DNA of 62,651 nt from Candidatus Magasanikbacteria bacterium CG1_02_32_51 (GCA_001871435.1 MNVC01000012.1:1-62651), one strand, 5' to 3'. Counted from the stretch's first letter, positions 1-10,061 are shown. Notes: generated from the sequence alone by a model not told the origin. Numbers and translations are program-made.

Positions 1-284
1 TCAAGAGACTGTGCCAAGAGAATAAGATTGAACAAAGGTTTACTAAGGTTAAACATCCTTATACCAACGGTAAAGCTGAACGTGTTATTAGAACTCTAAT
101 GGAGATGTGGCATAATAAAACTAAGTTTAATAGTAGAGCTCATAGAAAGACAGAACTTATTAGATTTATTAACTGGTATAATACTGTCAAACCTCATAAA
201 GGTCTAAATAATCTCACACCTTTAGAGCAACTTATTAACTATTTTTATCCTAATGAATTATAAACAACGCTTTACTTTCTTACA
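1..284 (+). mobile_element. Right end of an IS481-family-like insertion sequence (truncated by window start)
   Basis: Transposase C-terminus in frame 3, followed about 20 nt later by ...ctttactttcttaca, matching the TGT...ACA terminus convention of IS481. Confidence 0.7.
3..263 (+). CDS. IS481-family (rve/DDE) transposase, C-terminal fragment
   Basis: Manual translation: ...IEQRFTKVKHPYTNGKAERVIRTL...FINWYNTVKPHKGLNNLTP...NEL*. PxTNGKAER and YN..RPH-like motifs of the integrase core. Not in the ORF track because there is no start in the window. Confidence 0.85.
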   Translation, partial: KRLCQENKIEQRFTKVKHPYTNGKAERVIRTLMEMWHNKTKFNSRAHRKTELIRFINWYNTVKPHKGLNNLTPLEQLINYFYPNEL

Positions 285-381
285 ACTAATGTTATCAATT
301 AAAATATATTTTATCCAGATTTTCTCGGGAAAATAATCTTTTTTACATCTCATTTTTGAGGTGGTTAATTTTACAAAAAAT

Positions 382-759
382 ATGCCAAAAAAAATTCTAA
401 TAGTAGAGGACGAAAAAGCAGAATCAATGGCTTTGGTAGCTCGTTTTAAGATGGAAGGTTTTATTGTTTTAGAAGCTTTTAATGGTGAAGAGGGCTTAAA
501 AATAGCTTTGGAACAGCAACCTGATTTTATTTTGTCAGATATCAAGATGCCAGTGATGGATGGAATCCAAATGATTACCCAGATTCGTCAAAGTGGTGAT
601 TGGGGCAAGACTGTACCTATTTTGATGTTGACAGGAGTAGTAGAGGTAGATAGTATTTCCAAAATTGTTGAACAAGGAGTAAATGATTACATTGTCAAAG
701 GTGCTATGAATTTGGATGATGTCGTTGCTAAAGTAAATGATAAGTTGGCAGGGAAATAA
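382..759 (+). CDS. Stand-alone response regulator receiver (CheY-like)
   Basis: KILIVEDE...PDFILSDIKMPVMDG...ILMLT...DYIVK. ATG at 382 preferred over GTG at 361. Confidence 0.9.
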   Translation: MPKKILIVEDEKAESMALVARFKMEGFIVLEAFNGEEGLKIALEQQPDFILSDIKMPVMDGIQMITQIRQSGDWGKTVPILMLTGVVEVDSISKIVEQGVNDYIVKGAMNLDDVVAKVNDKLAGK

Positions 760-812
760 GCAGTTTTTTGTAAATTTAGAAAAGTCTAATTTTTTAGGCT
801 TTTTTTAAAGAC

Positions 813-840
813 TTGACTTTATTTTCGCATATGTTACTAT
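813..840 (+). promoter_or_regulatory. Putative sigma70 promoter of the GC-rich orphan gene
   Basis: TTGACT-N16-TACTAT, directly after a hairpin/U-tract at about 781-806. Confidence 0.5.
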
Positions 841-915
841 TCGACTAACCTTTTGTTTGGAGAGTTGCACGTGTGTGTGATGATCTGACCTGGGGAATTC
901 TCAAGTGAAGGAATA

Positions 916-1611
916 GTGATGAAAACGATGAATACGATCTTTTACTGCGCCATCTTCATGTTTGGTTGTTATCAAAGTAGGGACGAGTCTGAGGTTCAGA
1001 CCAAGAACTACTTGATCAACGTCGACATGACGAATAGCGGTGACTTCAGTGCAGTCCTCCCTGATGGCACGTTCTATAACGACATGGAGTCGTTCAATGA
1101 GAACATGGAACCGACCTACGAACAGCTCGCTGACGAAGGCACGGACATCCAGTTCGAGTTCGGCGATAACATCCAGGAGCAGCTCGACATCGATCTGGTC
1201 AACTTCATCCCGTCGCATACTGATGATTCGTCGGACTGTAATAGCAAAGACGGTCTTCAAACGATCGTGAGTCCTTTGTACATCGGAGGCGGGTATAATC
1301 TGACCACATCTTTCGGGTGGAAATATATCGCGGGCTGCATCAAGAGAAACGTCTATCGACTCGCGATTCACCTCAACAAGTACAGCTATCAGGTATTCGA
1401 CTTACATGCCGCCTTCTATAGGGAGAGCGGTAAGGTATGCTTCGGCCTGTACGAAAGCGTCAGTGGGTGGAAGTCATGCAACTGTAACCCTACCTACAGC
1501 CAGATCAAGGGCTGGGTGGTTGAGGTGGCAATCGTCGCGGGCGTCTCGGTGGGAGTGGCCACGATCATCGCCAACATCGTCACGCCACTCATCTTTATGA
1601 TGGCTATCTAG
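916..1611 (+). CDS. Hypothetical protein, possibly a lipoprotein with a C-terminal membrane segment; atypically GC-rich
   Basis: 231-aa ORF; N-terminal hydrophobic stretch ending FGC; hydrophobic C-terminus; AAGGA upstream; hairpin at 1642-1678 downstream. Confidence 0.6.
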   Translation: MMKTMNTIFYCAIFMFGCYQSRDESEVQTKNYLINVDMTNSGDFSAVLPDGTFYNDMESFNENMEPTYEQLADEGTDIQFEFGDNIQEQLDIDLVNFIPSHTDDSSDCNSKDGLQTIVSPLYIGGGYNLTTSFGWKYIAGCIKRNVYRLAIHLNKYSYQVFDLHAAFYRESGKVCFGLYESVSGWKSCNCNPTYSQIKGWVVEVAIVAGVSVGVATIIANIVTPLIFMMAI

Positions 1612-1712
1612 TTCAAAACTAGAAAATGTCCGTCGTTTCAGTCCTCTTGTCTGTACATTGTATGTATAGACAAGAGGATCCATCTATTTAATTACTACTA
1701 TGAGTAAGTACT

Positions 1713-2018
1713 ATGTTTTTCAATAAAAAAGCTAAAACTAAAAAAGTCTTCTATATTTTTGAAGGCTGGGTGGATGAGAAAAAAAGACTTGAATTTCACG
1801 GAAGTGTGGATTTTTTGGAACAAGAGGCTGCTGCAAAAAGAATAGTGCCAAATACGCCCGAAGGTCTTATTTTGGTGTGGGGTAAAAGCGGAGAAATTGA
1901 AAATGTCGGAACACCTGCGGGTTCTCGGCTAAAAGTAATTTACCTTCCATACTATACTAATACTGAAGAAATAGAAAAGTTCTTTGCTGATTTAGGACTT
2001 AAAGTTAGACCAGAATAA
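1713..2018 (+). CDS. Hypothetical protein
   Basis: 101-aa ORF with ATG start and plausible composition; no motif recognised. Confidence 0.55.
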   Translation: MFFNKKAKTKKVFYIFEGWVDEKKRLEFHGSVDFLEQEAAAKRIVPNTPEGLILVWGKSGEIENVGTPAGSRLKVIYLPYYTNTEEIEKFFADLGLKVRPE

Positions 2019-2510
2019 AATTGATTTTTTTAAATTTGTTTACTTCAATACCTAAAAGTATCGTGAGTTACCTTAGTGTGTAAATAGGTATAAAGATATA
2101 TTCTTTCTCCTTTTGCAAAATAGTTCCAACTTCCTCCACGATGGCCTGCAAAATAACAAAAACGTCGTAATGACGTTTTTTTGTATTATAATGATTTAAA
2201 CCAAAAGCAGAAGAGGTTGAAAAATGGTGGAACAGTTTGGTGGAAGCTGATAAGGCTGGTAGATTCCAAATGGAAGTACCATTTTACGTAACTATTGGTA
2301 GGGTATCAAAATAAAATAGGGTTATTTATTTGTATAATTAACTATAATATATATTTATAGTCAATATTTTTAAAGGACCTTTTTTTACTTGATTTTTTTT
2401 GTTTTTTTTGCTATGCTTAGCTTCAAGATATGAGATTATTTTAGTTTATCGTATCTATAGTATCATAGATAAAAAATTAACCTTCTGTGATGTTTTATAA
2501 TAAATTTTGT

Positions 2511-4040
2511 ATGTTCAAAAAATCTTTTTTATTCGTTGGTGTTGTACTATCTTTGTTAGTACCTTTTTTGGTTAGAGCTGAAGTTAATAATGATGCTATT
2601 AGCATAAACAATTTTTCAGCAACAATTTTTTCTGATAATTATGTACAGGTTGGCAAAAAAATAATTTTTGATTCTAGTAAGTCTGTTTTACCAAATAATA
2701 TTTCTAATCAAACATATTATTGGAAATTTGGTGACCAAAGTTACGAATATGGTGGGGAAGTTGTTCATAATTATAGTAATATTGGTACTTACAATGTTGA
2801 ATTAGACATTTCTTATACTGATGGAAATGGACAAAGACAAACACTGACTAGTACAAAAGAGATTTTTGTTTATGATACTAGAGCACTGATGATTGTAGAT
2901 GGAAAAAATACAGATGAAATAAATTTGATAGTTGATCAAGCCAAAGAGCAGGGTATTGCTTTGCAAGTATTGTCGCCTGGTACTGAAGAAGAGGTTTTTA
3001 CTTCAGAAGATGTTCTTGTTAAACTTATTGGTGAAAATAATCAGTATGTCAAAAATTCTGATATTATATTATTTTATACTAAGTCTTTGCGTGGTTTACA
3101 AGCCTTTACTCAATACTTTCAGTCTTTGAATGATTTGGATAAAGAATTAGTTCGTAGCAAATTTTTTACAGTAATCACTAGTGGAAATATTTCTGTGGTT
3201 ACTCACGGAGTATATCAAAATTACAAAATTATTAATCCAAGTTATATTTTGTTAACTAGACCAGAGTCCCTCGTGCCAATTTTGAGTATCAAAAAAATAG
3301 ACGACATAGAAACATCGCTTTTTGGTCGTAGTATAGAATTTGTACATGTTGATGGTTCGAGTAGCAAAAACGGTTGGTATGTTTTATCTACTTTGGTCAA
3401 CTACTTTATTGAGAGAGGCGTACCTGCTGACAGTATTTATCTTATTTTAATAATTCCATTTTTGTCTTTTTTAATTATATTTTTTCGTAATGTTGTTGGT
3501 ATTAACACTTTTGGTATATTTACTCCAATTATAGTTACTATTGCTTTTTATATTTTGGGTTTGTCACTAGGATTGTTGACGTTCTTTTTGGCTGTGGTGG
3601 TTAGTCAGATAGTTAAGTATCTTTTTGATAAAGTAGAATTGCTGAACTTATCCAAGGTTGGTTTGAACTTGTCATTTATTTCAATTTCTTTTTTATTTTT
3701 GATTGCTGTTGTCTTAAAATTAAATTTAGCATTATCTTTGACCGCGACAATTTTCCCAATGCTTGTGATGACAACTTTGTCAGAAAAATTTATGGATGCA
3801 AAATTGGAAACTGGTTTTAAGAGTGCTCTTTTTGGAGTCTTAGAAACTTTATTTGTAATTTTATTATCTTATTATTTAATGGTTTGGTCAGCTTTCAACA
3901 ATTTACTTATTTCTTGGCCAGAAATAGTTTTGTTTCCAATTTTCTTTATGTTTTTACTTGGCAAGTTTACAGGTCTTCGTGTTAGTGAATATATTAGATT
4001 TAGAAGTTTATTTTTGAATCATACTGGTGAAGAAGAATAA
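2511..4040 (+). CDS. Signal peptide + PKD domain + 7-TM domain protein (7TM_transglut-like C-terminus)
   Basis: FDSSKS...YYWKFGD...VVHNYSNIGTYNVEL (PKD). FFRNVVGINTFGIFTP...FPMLVMTTLSEKF...LGKFTGLRVSEYIRF matches the 7TM region found next to RimK-like ATP-grasp ligases. ORF is open from 2487. Confidence 0.8.
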   Translation: MFKKSFLFVGVVLSLLVPFLVRAEVNNDAISINNFSATIFSDNYVQVGKKIIFDSSKSVLPNNISNQTYYWKFGDQSYEYGGEVVHNYSNIGTYNVELDISYTDGNGQRQTLTSTKEIFVYDTRALMIVDGKNTDEINLIVDQAKEQGIALQVLSPGTEEEVFTSEDVLVKLIGENNQYVKNSDIILFYTKSLRGLQAFTQYFQSLNDLDKELVRSKFFTVITSGNISVVTHGVYQNYKIINPSYILLTRPESLVPILSIKKIDDIETSLFGRSIEFVHVDGSSSKNGWYVLSTLVNYFIERGVPADSIYLILIIPFLSFLIIFFRNVVGINTFGIFTPIIVTIAFYILGLSLGLLTFFLAVVVSQIVKYLFDKVELLNLSKVGLNLSFISISFLFLIAVVLKLNLALSLTATIFPMLVMTTLSEKFMDAKLETGFKSALFGVLETLFVILLSYYLMVWSAFNNLLISWPEIVLFPIFFMFLLGKFTGLRVSEYIRFRSLFLNHTGEEE

Positions 4041-4058
4041 AAATTATTTTTTAAAATT

Positions 4059-6413
4059 ATGAAATTTTTTGAAAGAGCTAATGCTATTTTGGGGATGAAT
4101 GCTCGTAATCTTCATTATGTTGGTCGTTACAATACCAAACAAAGCAAAAAATTTGCTGATGATAAGATTTATACCAAAAATTTTTTGATGACTAGAGGTA
4201 TTGGTGTAGCCAAAATTTATAATGTCCTCAAAATCCATAAGGAGTTAGCTGATATCAACCCAAAAAGTTTACCAGCTACTTTTGTTATCAAACCAAATCA
4301 TGGCTTTGGTGGAGAGGGGATTGTTGTTATCAAAGAACATAAAGGTTTGATTTTTAAAGATGTCACAGGTGTGCAATATCAGTGGCGTGATTTGTACTTG
4401 CATATGGTATCTATTCTTGATGGTAAATATGCTATTTCTGGACTTTCTGATCAAATAATTTTTGAAGAAATGCTTTTTCCTCACAAAGATTTGTATCCAT
4501 TTACAGAAGTTGGTTTGCCAGATATTCGTGTCATTGTTTTTAACTATGTACCAGTCATGGCGATGCTTCGTTTGCCAACTTTTGAATCACATGGCAAAGC
4601 TAATTTACATCTTGGAGGTGTAGGTGTAGGTATCAATATTGCTACAGGCAAAGCCAATTATGCTGTACATCATAATAAATTTATTAGAAAATTACCTAAT
4701 GGTGAAAAAGTTCGTAATATCAAGTTACCAATGTGGGATGAAATTTTAATAACAGCCTCAAAAGCTCAACAGGCTAGTCAAGTTAAATTTTTGGCAGTTG
4801 ACTTGGTTCTTAGTAAAACCGGTATAAAAATTCTTGAGTTGAATGCTCGAGCCGGTTTGGGAATACAAATTGCTAATCAAATTCCTTTGAAACATAGATT
4901 ACAAAAAGTAGAAGATTTGAAAGTTTCTAGTCCTGAAAAAGGTGTAGAAGTAAGTAAAGCCTTGTTTAGTGCTGTTACAAAAAAACCAGAGAAAAAAGCA
5001 AAATCAAAATCTGACAAAAAAATTATTGGACTTTTTGAAGAGATAAATATATTAAATACGCCAAATAGTGCTGTTTTGACTAAGATAGATCCTCATAGTA
5101 ATGAGGTATTGTTTGATGAGTCTTTGGAAGGTCTAGAAAAATTGAAGCGTTATTCTGATGTAGTGATTAGGGGAGAAAGAATAAGATTTCCTTTTAGAAA
5201 AACTGATTTGTCTGCTAGTCCATACAAAGTGGTTATTGGTGGTAAAACACTAAATAATTTTTTGATTGATCCTAAGCTACGAGAAGAGATTGATTCTTCC
5301 AAAACAGTATCTACTACCAAGACAATTTCTGAAAAAATTATTAGAAATATAGATAAAAAACTTTCTATTACTGATAAACAATTAAAAATTTTGTTGCATA
5401 TCAAGCCACTTAATTTACAAGAAGAAAAGAAAAAATTTTTTGCTACCAAAGATTTTTCGCCGCAGTTTATTTATAGAAAACCGGATATTAATTTTACATC
5501 TCTTTTGCGTGAAATAAGTGCTTTACCAAAAAATATCAATCATCCTCTTTATCCTTTATTTGTAAAAAAAATAGATGAAATTATTTCTAAGATTCAATTT
5601 TTGGATGCTGTGGGTACTTCTGATTATACGCATGCCTCACAAGATTTATATGGTATTGTGGACGAGGTACTATTGGAAAAAGCTAAGAAATACATTGTAG
5701 ATAATCCTATTCAAGAGGACAAAAGCAAAATTGTTAGTTCCAAACAAATAATTAAAGATTTTGAATTTGCTTTGCAACAAAATAGACTTAGTAATTGGAA
5801 AATTAAAACTTCTGACAATGTTAGATCTATTTCTGTTGACCCACGTAAAAAAAATATTTTTATCAAAAATACTTCAAAACGTAGTAAAAATCATCTCAAA
5901 GCTCTTTTGGTACACGAAATAGGTACTCATGTTTATCGTTATGAAAATGGTGTTTTGCAAGAATATAAAATCTTTAAACGTGGTACAGCTAATTATTTAG
6001 AGACAGAAGAGGGTTTGGCTATTTATAATCAGAAAAAATTAGGTCTTAGCCTTGGTTTAAAAGATGTTTGGCCAACTTATTTAGTTATTGCTATTTATTA
6101 TGCTCAGAGTATGTCTTTTTTGGAATTATTCAACTTTTTGCAAAAGGAATATAATTTGAGTAATCAAAAGGCTTGGTTGGCTTGTTTTAGAGCTAAAAGG
6201 GGAATGTCTGATACTTCTTTACCGGGTGGATTGACAAGAGATGCTATTTATTTTAGAGGTTATTTGAAAGTAGTTGATTATTTGTCTGAAGATACAGAAA
6301 ATCGTCTAAAAAATCTTTATATGGGAAAAATAAGTATTGTTGATGTAAAATATCTAGAATATTTACCAAATTGGAAAATAAAATATTTGAATTTTGCTAA
6401 GTTAGATTTTTGA
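4059..6413 (+). CDS. Fusion: RimK-like/alpha-L-glutamate-ligase-like ATP-grasp + degenerate retropepsin-like domain + DUF1704 HExxxH metallocarboxypeptidase
   Basis: ILGMNARN...DDKIYTK...FVIKPNHGFGGEGI...PDIRVIV...KANLHLGG...LELNARAGLGIQIAN; then KIIGLFEEI...TKIDPHS...VVIGGKTLNNFLIDP; then LLVHEIGTH...TEEGLA...RAKRG...TRDAIYFRG. Confidence 0.8.
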   Translation: MKFFERANAILGMNARNLHYVGRYNTKQSKKFADDKIYTKNFLMTRGIGVAKIYNVLKIHKELADINPKSLPATFVIKPNHGFGGEGIVVIKEHKGLIFKDVTGVQYQWRDLYLHMVSILDGKYAISGLSDQIIFEEMLFPHKDLYPFTEVGLPDIRVIVFNYVPVMAMLRLPTFESHGKANLHLGGVGVGINIATGKANYAVHHNKFIRKLPNGEKVRNIKLPMWDEILITASKAQQASQVKFLAVDLVLSKTGIKILELNARAGLGIQIANQIPLKHRLQKVEDLKVSSPEKGVEVSKALFSAVTKKPEKKAKSKSDKKIIGLFEEINILNTPNSAVLTKIDPHSNEVLFDESLEGLEKLKRYSDVVIRGERIRFPFRKTDLSASPYKVVIGGKTLNNFLIDPKLREEIDSSKTVSTTKTISEKIIRNIDKKLSITDKQLKILLHIKPLNLQEEKKKFFATKDFSPQFIYRKPDINFTSLLREISALPKNINHPLYPLFVKKIDEIISKIQFLDAVGTSDYTHASQDLYGIVDEVLLEKAKKYIVDNPIQEDKSKIVSSKQIIKDFEFALQQNRLSNWKIKTSDNVRSISVDPRKKNIFIKNTSKRSKNHLKALLVHEIGTHVYRYENGVLQEYKIFKRGTANYLETEEGLAIYNQKKLGLSLGLKDVWPTYLVIAIYYAQSMSFLELFNFLQKEYNLSNQKAWLACFRAKRGMSDTSLPGGLTRDAIYFRGYLKVVDYLSEDTENRLKNLYMGKISIVDVKYLEYLPNWKIKYLNFAKLDF

Positions 6414-6492
6414 GAAATACAAATATTGTTTATATTTTACCCATTTTGTAATATATGTTATAATTATCTTTATTAAAGAGATAATTATTTTT

Positions 6493-7869
6493 ATGCCAGA
6501 AAAAGAAATATTTAAAACAGCTTATATTGTTACAGTCGATATGGGTTATGGTCATCAAAGGGCTGTATATCCTTTGCATGATATGGCTCAACAAGTTCCA
6601 GAATTGTCTATGGCAAACCATGGAATTATAAATGCCAATTTGTATGGTGGTATAAATAAAAGTGATCAATTCAAATGGGATACTGGTCGTAGTATTTATG
6701 AAAAAATATCTAGACTAAAGCATTTGCCTGTAGTTGGTAGTTATATCTTTAGTTTTATGGATTATTTGCAACGTATAGAGCCATTTTATCCACAACGTGA
6801 TTTGTCACGTCCTACTTTGCAGGTAAAACAAATTTTTGGCATGATCAAAAATGGTTGGGGAAAAGATTTAATAGACAAACTTAACAAATTAGAACATTTA
6901 CCTTTTGTTACTTCATTTTTTACCACAGCTTTTTTTGCTGAAGAACACAATTATAAAGGTGATATCTATTGTATTTGTACAGATACTGATATTAGTCGAG
7001 CTTGGGCACCATTAGAACCAAAGCTTAGCCGTATCAATTATTTAGTACCTACAAGAAGAGTCAAAGAGAGATTAGAATCTTATGGTATCAAAAAGGACAA
7101 AATATTTATTACTGGTTTTCCTTTGCCAAAAGAAAATATTGGTGGTCCAAAATTAGAAATTTTAAAAAGTAGTTTGGCCAAACGTATTGTCAATTTGGAT
7201 ACAGAAGGTCGTTATCGTTCCAAATACAAATATACTATGACCAAATTTTTGGGCACAAATCTTTGTTCAACAAAATTTAAATCTGACCATCCTTTGACTA
7301 TTACTTTTGCAGTAGGTGGGGCTGGTGCTCAGCGTGAATTGGGAGCTGAAATTGCGGGTAGTCTGAGAGAAGAAATTTCTAAAGGAAAAATATGCTTAAA
7401 TTTAGTTTCTGGCATACGAAATGATGTTTTTCGTTATTATCAAGCAGTATTTCAAGATTTGGGTTTGTCTGACAAAATAAATAAAAATATTTTTCTTATT
7501 TATTCAGCAGAATCAAAATTTGATTATTTTTCAAAATTTAATAGTGTACTTAATACTACAGACATTTTGTGGAGTAAGCCTAGTGAACTATCTTTTTATG
7601 CTGGTTTGGGATTACCAATTATTATTGCTCCAACTATTGGTTCACAAGAAGAATTCAACAAAGATTGGTTGACTTCAATTGGGGCTGGTGTGATGCAAGA
7701 AGATCCAAGATATACTAATGAATGGCTCAAAGATTGGTTGGCTTCTGGTTGGTTGGCTGATGCTGCTATGAATGGTTTTCTCAATGCTCCTCGTAATGGT
7801 ACTTATCATGTAGAAGATATTGTCTTGCGTAACAAGAGAAGTGAAATAGAAGATATGCACTTGTTTTAG
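6493..7869 (+). CDS. GT-B glycosyltransferase-like protein (MGDG synthase/GT28-like)
   Basis: VDMGYGHQRA, CTDTD, ITGFP, GGAG, KPSEL, PIII..PTIGSQEEFN motifs. Confidence 0.6.
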   Translation: MPEKEIFKTAYIVTVDMGYGHQRAVYPLHDMAQQVPELSMANHGIINANLYGGINKSDQFKWDTGRSIYEKISRLKHLPVVGSYIFSFMDYLQRIEPFYPQRDLSRPTLQVKQIFGMIKNGWGKDLIDKLNKLEHLPFVTSFFTTAFFAEEHNYKGDIYCICTDTDISRAWAPLEPKLSRINYLVPTRRVKERLESYGIKKDKIFITGFPLPKENIGGPKLEILKSSLAKRIVNLDTEGRYRSKYKYTMTKFLGTNLCSTKFKSDHPLTITFAVGGAGAQRELGAEIAGSLREEISKGKICLNLVSGIRNDVFRYYQAVFQDLGLSDKINKNIFLIYSAESKFDYFSKFNSVLNTTDILWSKPSELSFYAGLGLPIIIAPTIGSQEEFNKDWLTSIGAGVMQEDPRYTNEWLKDWLASGWLADAAMNGFLNAPRNGTYHVEDIVLRNKRSEIEDMHLF

Positions 7870-7929
7870 GTTTGTTTGTACAGTTATAAAAATGTATTTT
7901 TAATAAATTGTAGACTTTATAATTTAAAA

Positions 7930-8040
7930 AAGAAAATTCCAAAATCCAAATAACAAATTTCAAATTTTATATTTGTGGTTTGTATATTATTCCTCCCAAG
8001 GCGGACAAGTTGGAATTTGGATTTTGTTATTTGTTATTTT
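7930..8040. repeat. AT-rich inverted array with a nested CCGCC-AAGGCGG palindrome at 7991-8010
   Basis: aaattccaaaatccaaataacaaat ... ttggaatttggattttgttatttgttatt, interrupted by tcctcccaaggcggacaagt. Confidence 0.75.
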
Positions 8041-8046
8041 GATATT

Positions 8047-8961
8047 ATGCTCTGGTTTATAATAGCACTTGTTGGATATGTATGCTTTGCCATAATTTTT
8101 ATTTTGGACAAAATTATTGTTAGTGAAAAATTGAGTGAACCAATAATTTATACATTTTACTCTACTATTTTTATGTTTGGGGCTTTGTTGGCTCTACCTT
8201 TTTTGGGATTTCCAGTGTTAATAGGTATTGATTGGTTATGGGCTTCTATATCTGGTTTGACTTTTGGTTTTGGTCTGTGGACACTTTTTATAGCTTTGAA
8301 AAATAATGAAACTACCCATATTTCGCCTTTTAATGGTGCGTTCGTTACTGTTTTTGTTTATCTTTTTTCTAGTTTATTTTTGGGAGAACAATTGACTGGT
8401 TTAAAACAAGTGGCGGTGATTGTTTTAGTTTGTTCAGCTTTTCTTTTGTCTTTTGAAAAAGTTCGTAATAGTGCCAGTCGTTTCCATAAAGGATTTATTT
8501 GGGCGATTCTTTCAGGTTTGTTTTTCGCTATTTCTCATGTGAGTGCTAAGTATCTTTATAATATTTATCCATTTTGGACTGCTTTCGTTTGGACTAGAGC
8601 TACTACTGGACTAGTAGGAATTTTTACATTGTTTTTCCCTGCTGTTTATCTTAGTTTTAGGAAAACAGAAAAAACAGCAGATATAACCAATAAAAACAAA
8701 AATACTACTATACTTATCATTGTGGACAAATTATTGGCTATTGTGGGTGTAGTGGCTATCCAGTATGCGATTGCGATTGGTAGTGTCACTGTTGTCAATG
8801 CTTTGGTGGGTGTACAATATATCTTAATGTTTTTGTTAGTTTTTTTATTGACAAAATTTGCACCAAAATTATTTAAAGAATATTTTACTAAAAAAGAATT
8901 ATTTGTTGAAATTGTAGCTATTATTTTGGTAGTGTTTGGTACAGCTTTATTTGTTTTTTAA
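8047..8961 (+). CDS. EamA/DMT family transporter
   Basis: About 10 TM helices in two repeats. The upstream ORF extension from 7975 is translated repeat DNA. Confidence 0.8.
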   Translation: MLWFIIALVGYVCFAIIFILDKIIVSEKLSEPIIYTFYSTIFMFGALLALPFLGFPVLIGIDWLWASISGLTFGFGLWTLFIALKNNETTHISPFNGAFVTVFVYLFSSLFLGEQLTGLKQVAVIVLVCSAFLLSFEKVRNSASRFHKGFIWAILSGLFFAISHVSAKYLYNIYPFWTAFVWTRATTGLVGIFTLFFPAVYLSFRKTEKTADITNKNKNTTILIIVDKLLAIVGVVAIQYAIAIGSVTVVNALVGVQYILMFLLVFLLTKFAPKLFKEYFTKKELFVEIVAIILVVFGTALFVF

Positions 8962-9065
8962 CCCCAGCCTTTCGCGAAAGGCAGGACAAGTATCTTTCAT
9001 TGCAGTTTGATGCAAAGATAATATAATAGATACCTTGTGAGTTTAATGTATTGTAGTTAATTCTT

Positions 9066-10061
9066 ATGAAATTTTTGAAATTTGTGTTAATTTTTCTTTT
9101 AATTATAATTTTTTTAATCTATATTTTTTTGTGGGTTAGTAGCTACAAAAAATATTTAGTTGATTTTGGTGTTTCTTTTAGTAAAGAACATGCCATTTAT
9201 TTGGGTTTAGACTGGAAAAAAGTTTATGAGAGTGTTTTAATGGATCTAAAACCAAAATATATACGTTTATCAGCTCCTTGGAATAACATTGAAAAAAACA
9301 AAGGTAGTTTTGATTTTAGAGATATGGATTATATGATGAATGAAGCAAAAAAAGCTGGAATAAAAGTTACTTTGGTGGTTGGACAAAAAGCACCACGTTG
9401 GCCAGAATGTTATGTACCGAATTGGGCTATCAAACTTTCTGTCAAAGAATATCAAGATAGTCTAAACAATTATTTAACCCAGATTGTAAATAGATACAAA
9501 AATAATTCAGCTCTAGAATTGTGGCAAGTAGAAAATGAACCATTTATAGATTTTAAATTTGGAGAATGTGTTAATTTTAGACCTGACTTAGTAGATGAAG
9601 AAATAAAATTAGTAAGTTTTTTGGACCAACCACATTGGACAATTGTTACAGATAGTGGTGAGTTGGGTTGGTGGAAGAAAGCTTCACAATTGAGTGATTT
9701 ATTTGGTACAACTCTATATAGAGTGGTGCGTAGTCCAAATGGCATGGTGTGGACTTATGATTGGCTACCGCCAACTTTTTATCGTTACAAAGCTATCCTA
9801 AATGGTATACACTTAGAAAGTATGTATGTTTCTGAGCTACAAGCTGAGCCATGGTTTACAGACCTTGGTCCAAATGAAACACCAATACCAGAACAAATGA
9901 AAACTATGAATATTAAAAGACTAAATAAAAATATTGATTTTGTGGAGAGGATTGGTATTGGTCGCGCTTATTTGTGGGGTGTGGAATGGTGGTATTGGCT
10001 GAAAGAAAAAAATAATGATAGTAGTTATTGGAATTTTGTTAAAGAATTAATGATTAAATAA
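9066..10061 (+). CDS. Membrane-anchored clan GH-A glycoside hydrolase (GH5/GH42-like)
   Basis: N-terminal TM; IRLSAPWNNIE...G.FDF; WQVENEP acid/base motif; VSELQAEPW; YLWGVEWW. Confidence 0.7.
   Translation: MKFLKFVLIFLLIIIFLIYIFLWVSSYKKYLVDFGVSFSKEHAIYLGLDWKKVYESVLMDLKPKYIRLSAPWNNIEKNKGSFDFRDMDYMMNEAKKAGIKVTLVVGQKAPRWPECYVPNWAIKLSVKEYQDSLNNYLTQIVNRYKNNSALELWQVENEPFIDFKFGECVNFRPDLVDEEIKLVSFLDQPHWTIVTDSGELGWWKKASQLSDLFGTTLYRVVRSPNGMVWTYDWLPPTFYRYKAILNGIHLESMYVSELQAEPWFTDLGPNETPIPEQMKTMNIKRLNKNIDFVERIGIGRAYLWGVEWWYWLKEKNNDSSYWNFVKELMIK

Noticed and set aside
901..1683. Overlapping and antisense ORFs over the GC-rich orphan, and similar shadows at 36378-37044 and across housekeeping genes
   Set aside because: They are shadow frames of longer genes with no motifs or expression signals.
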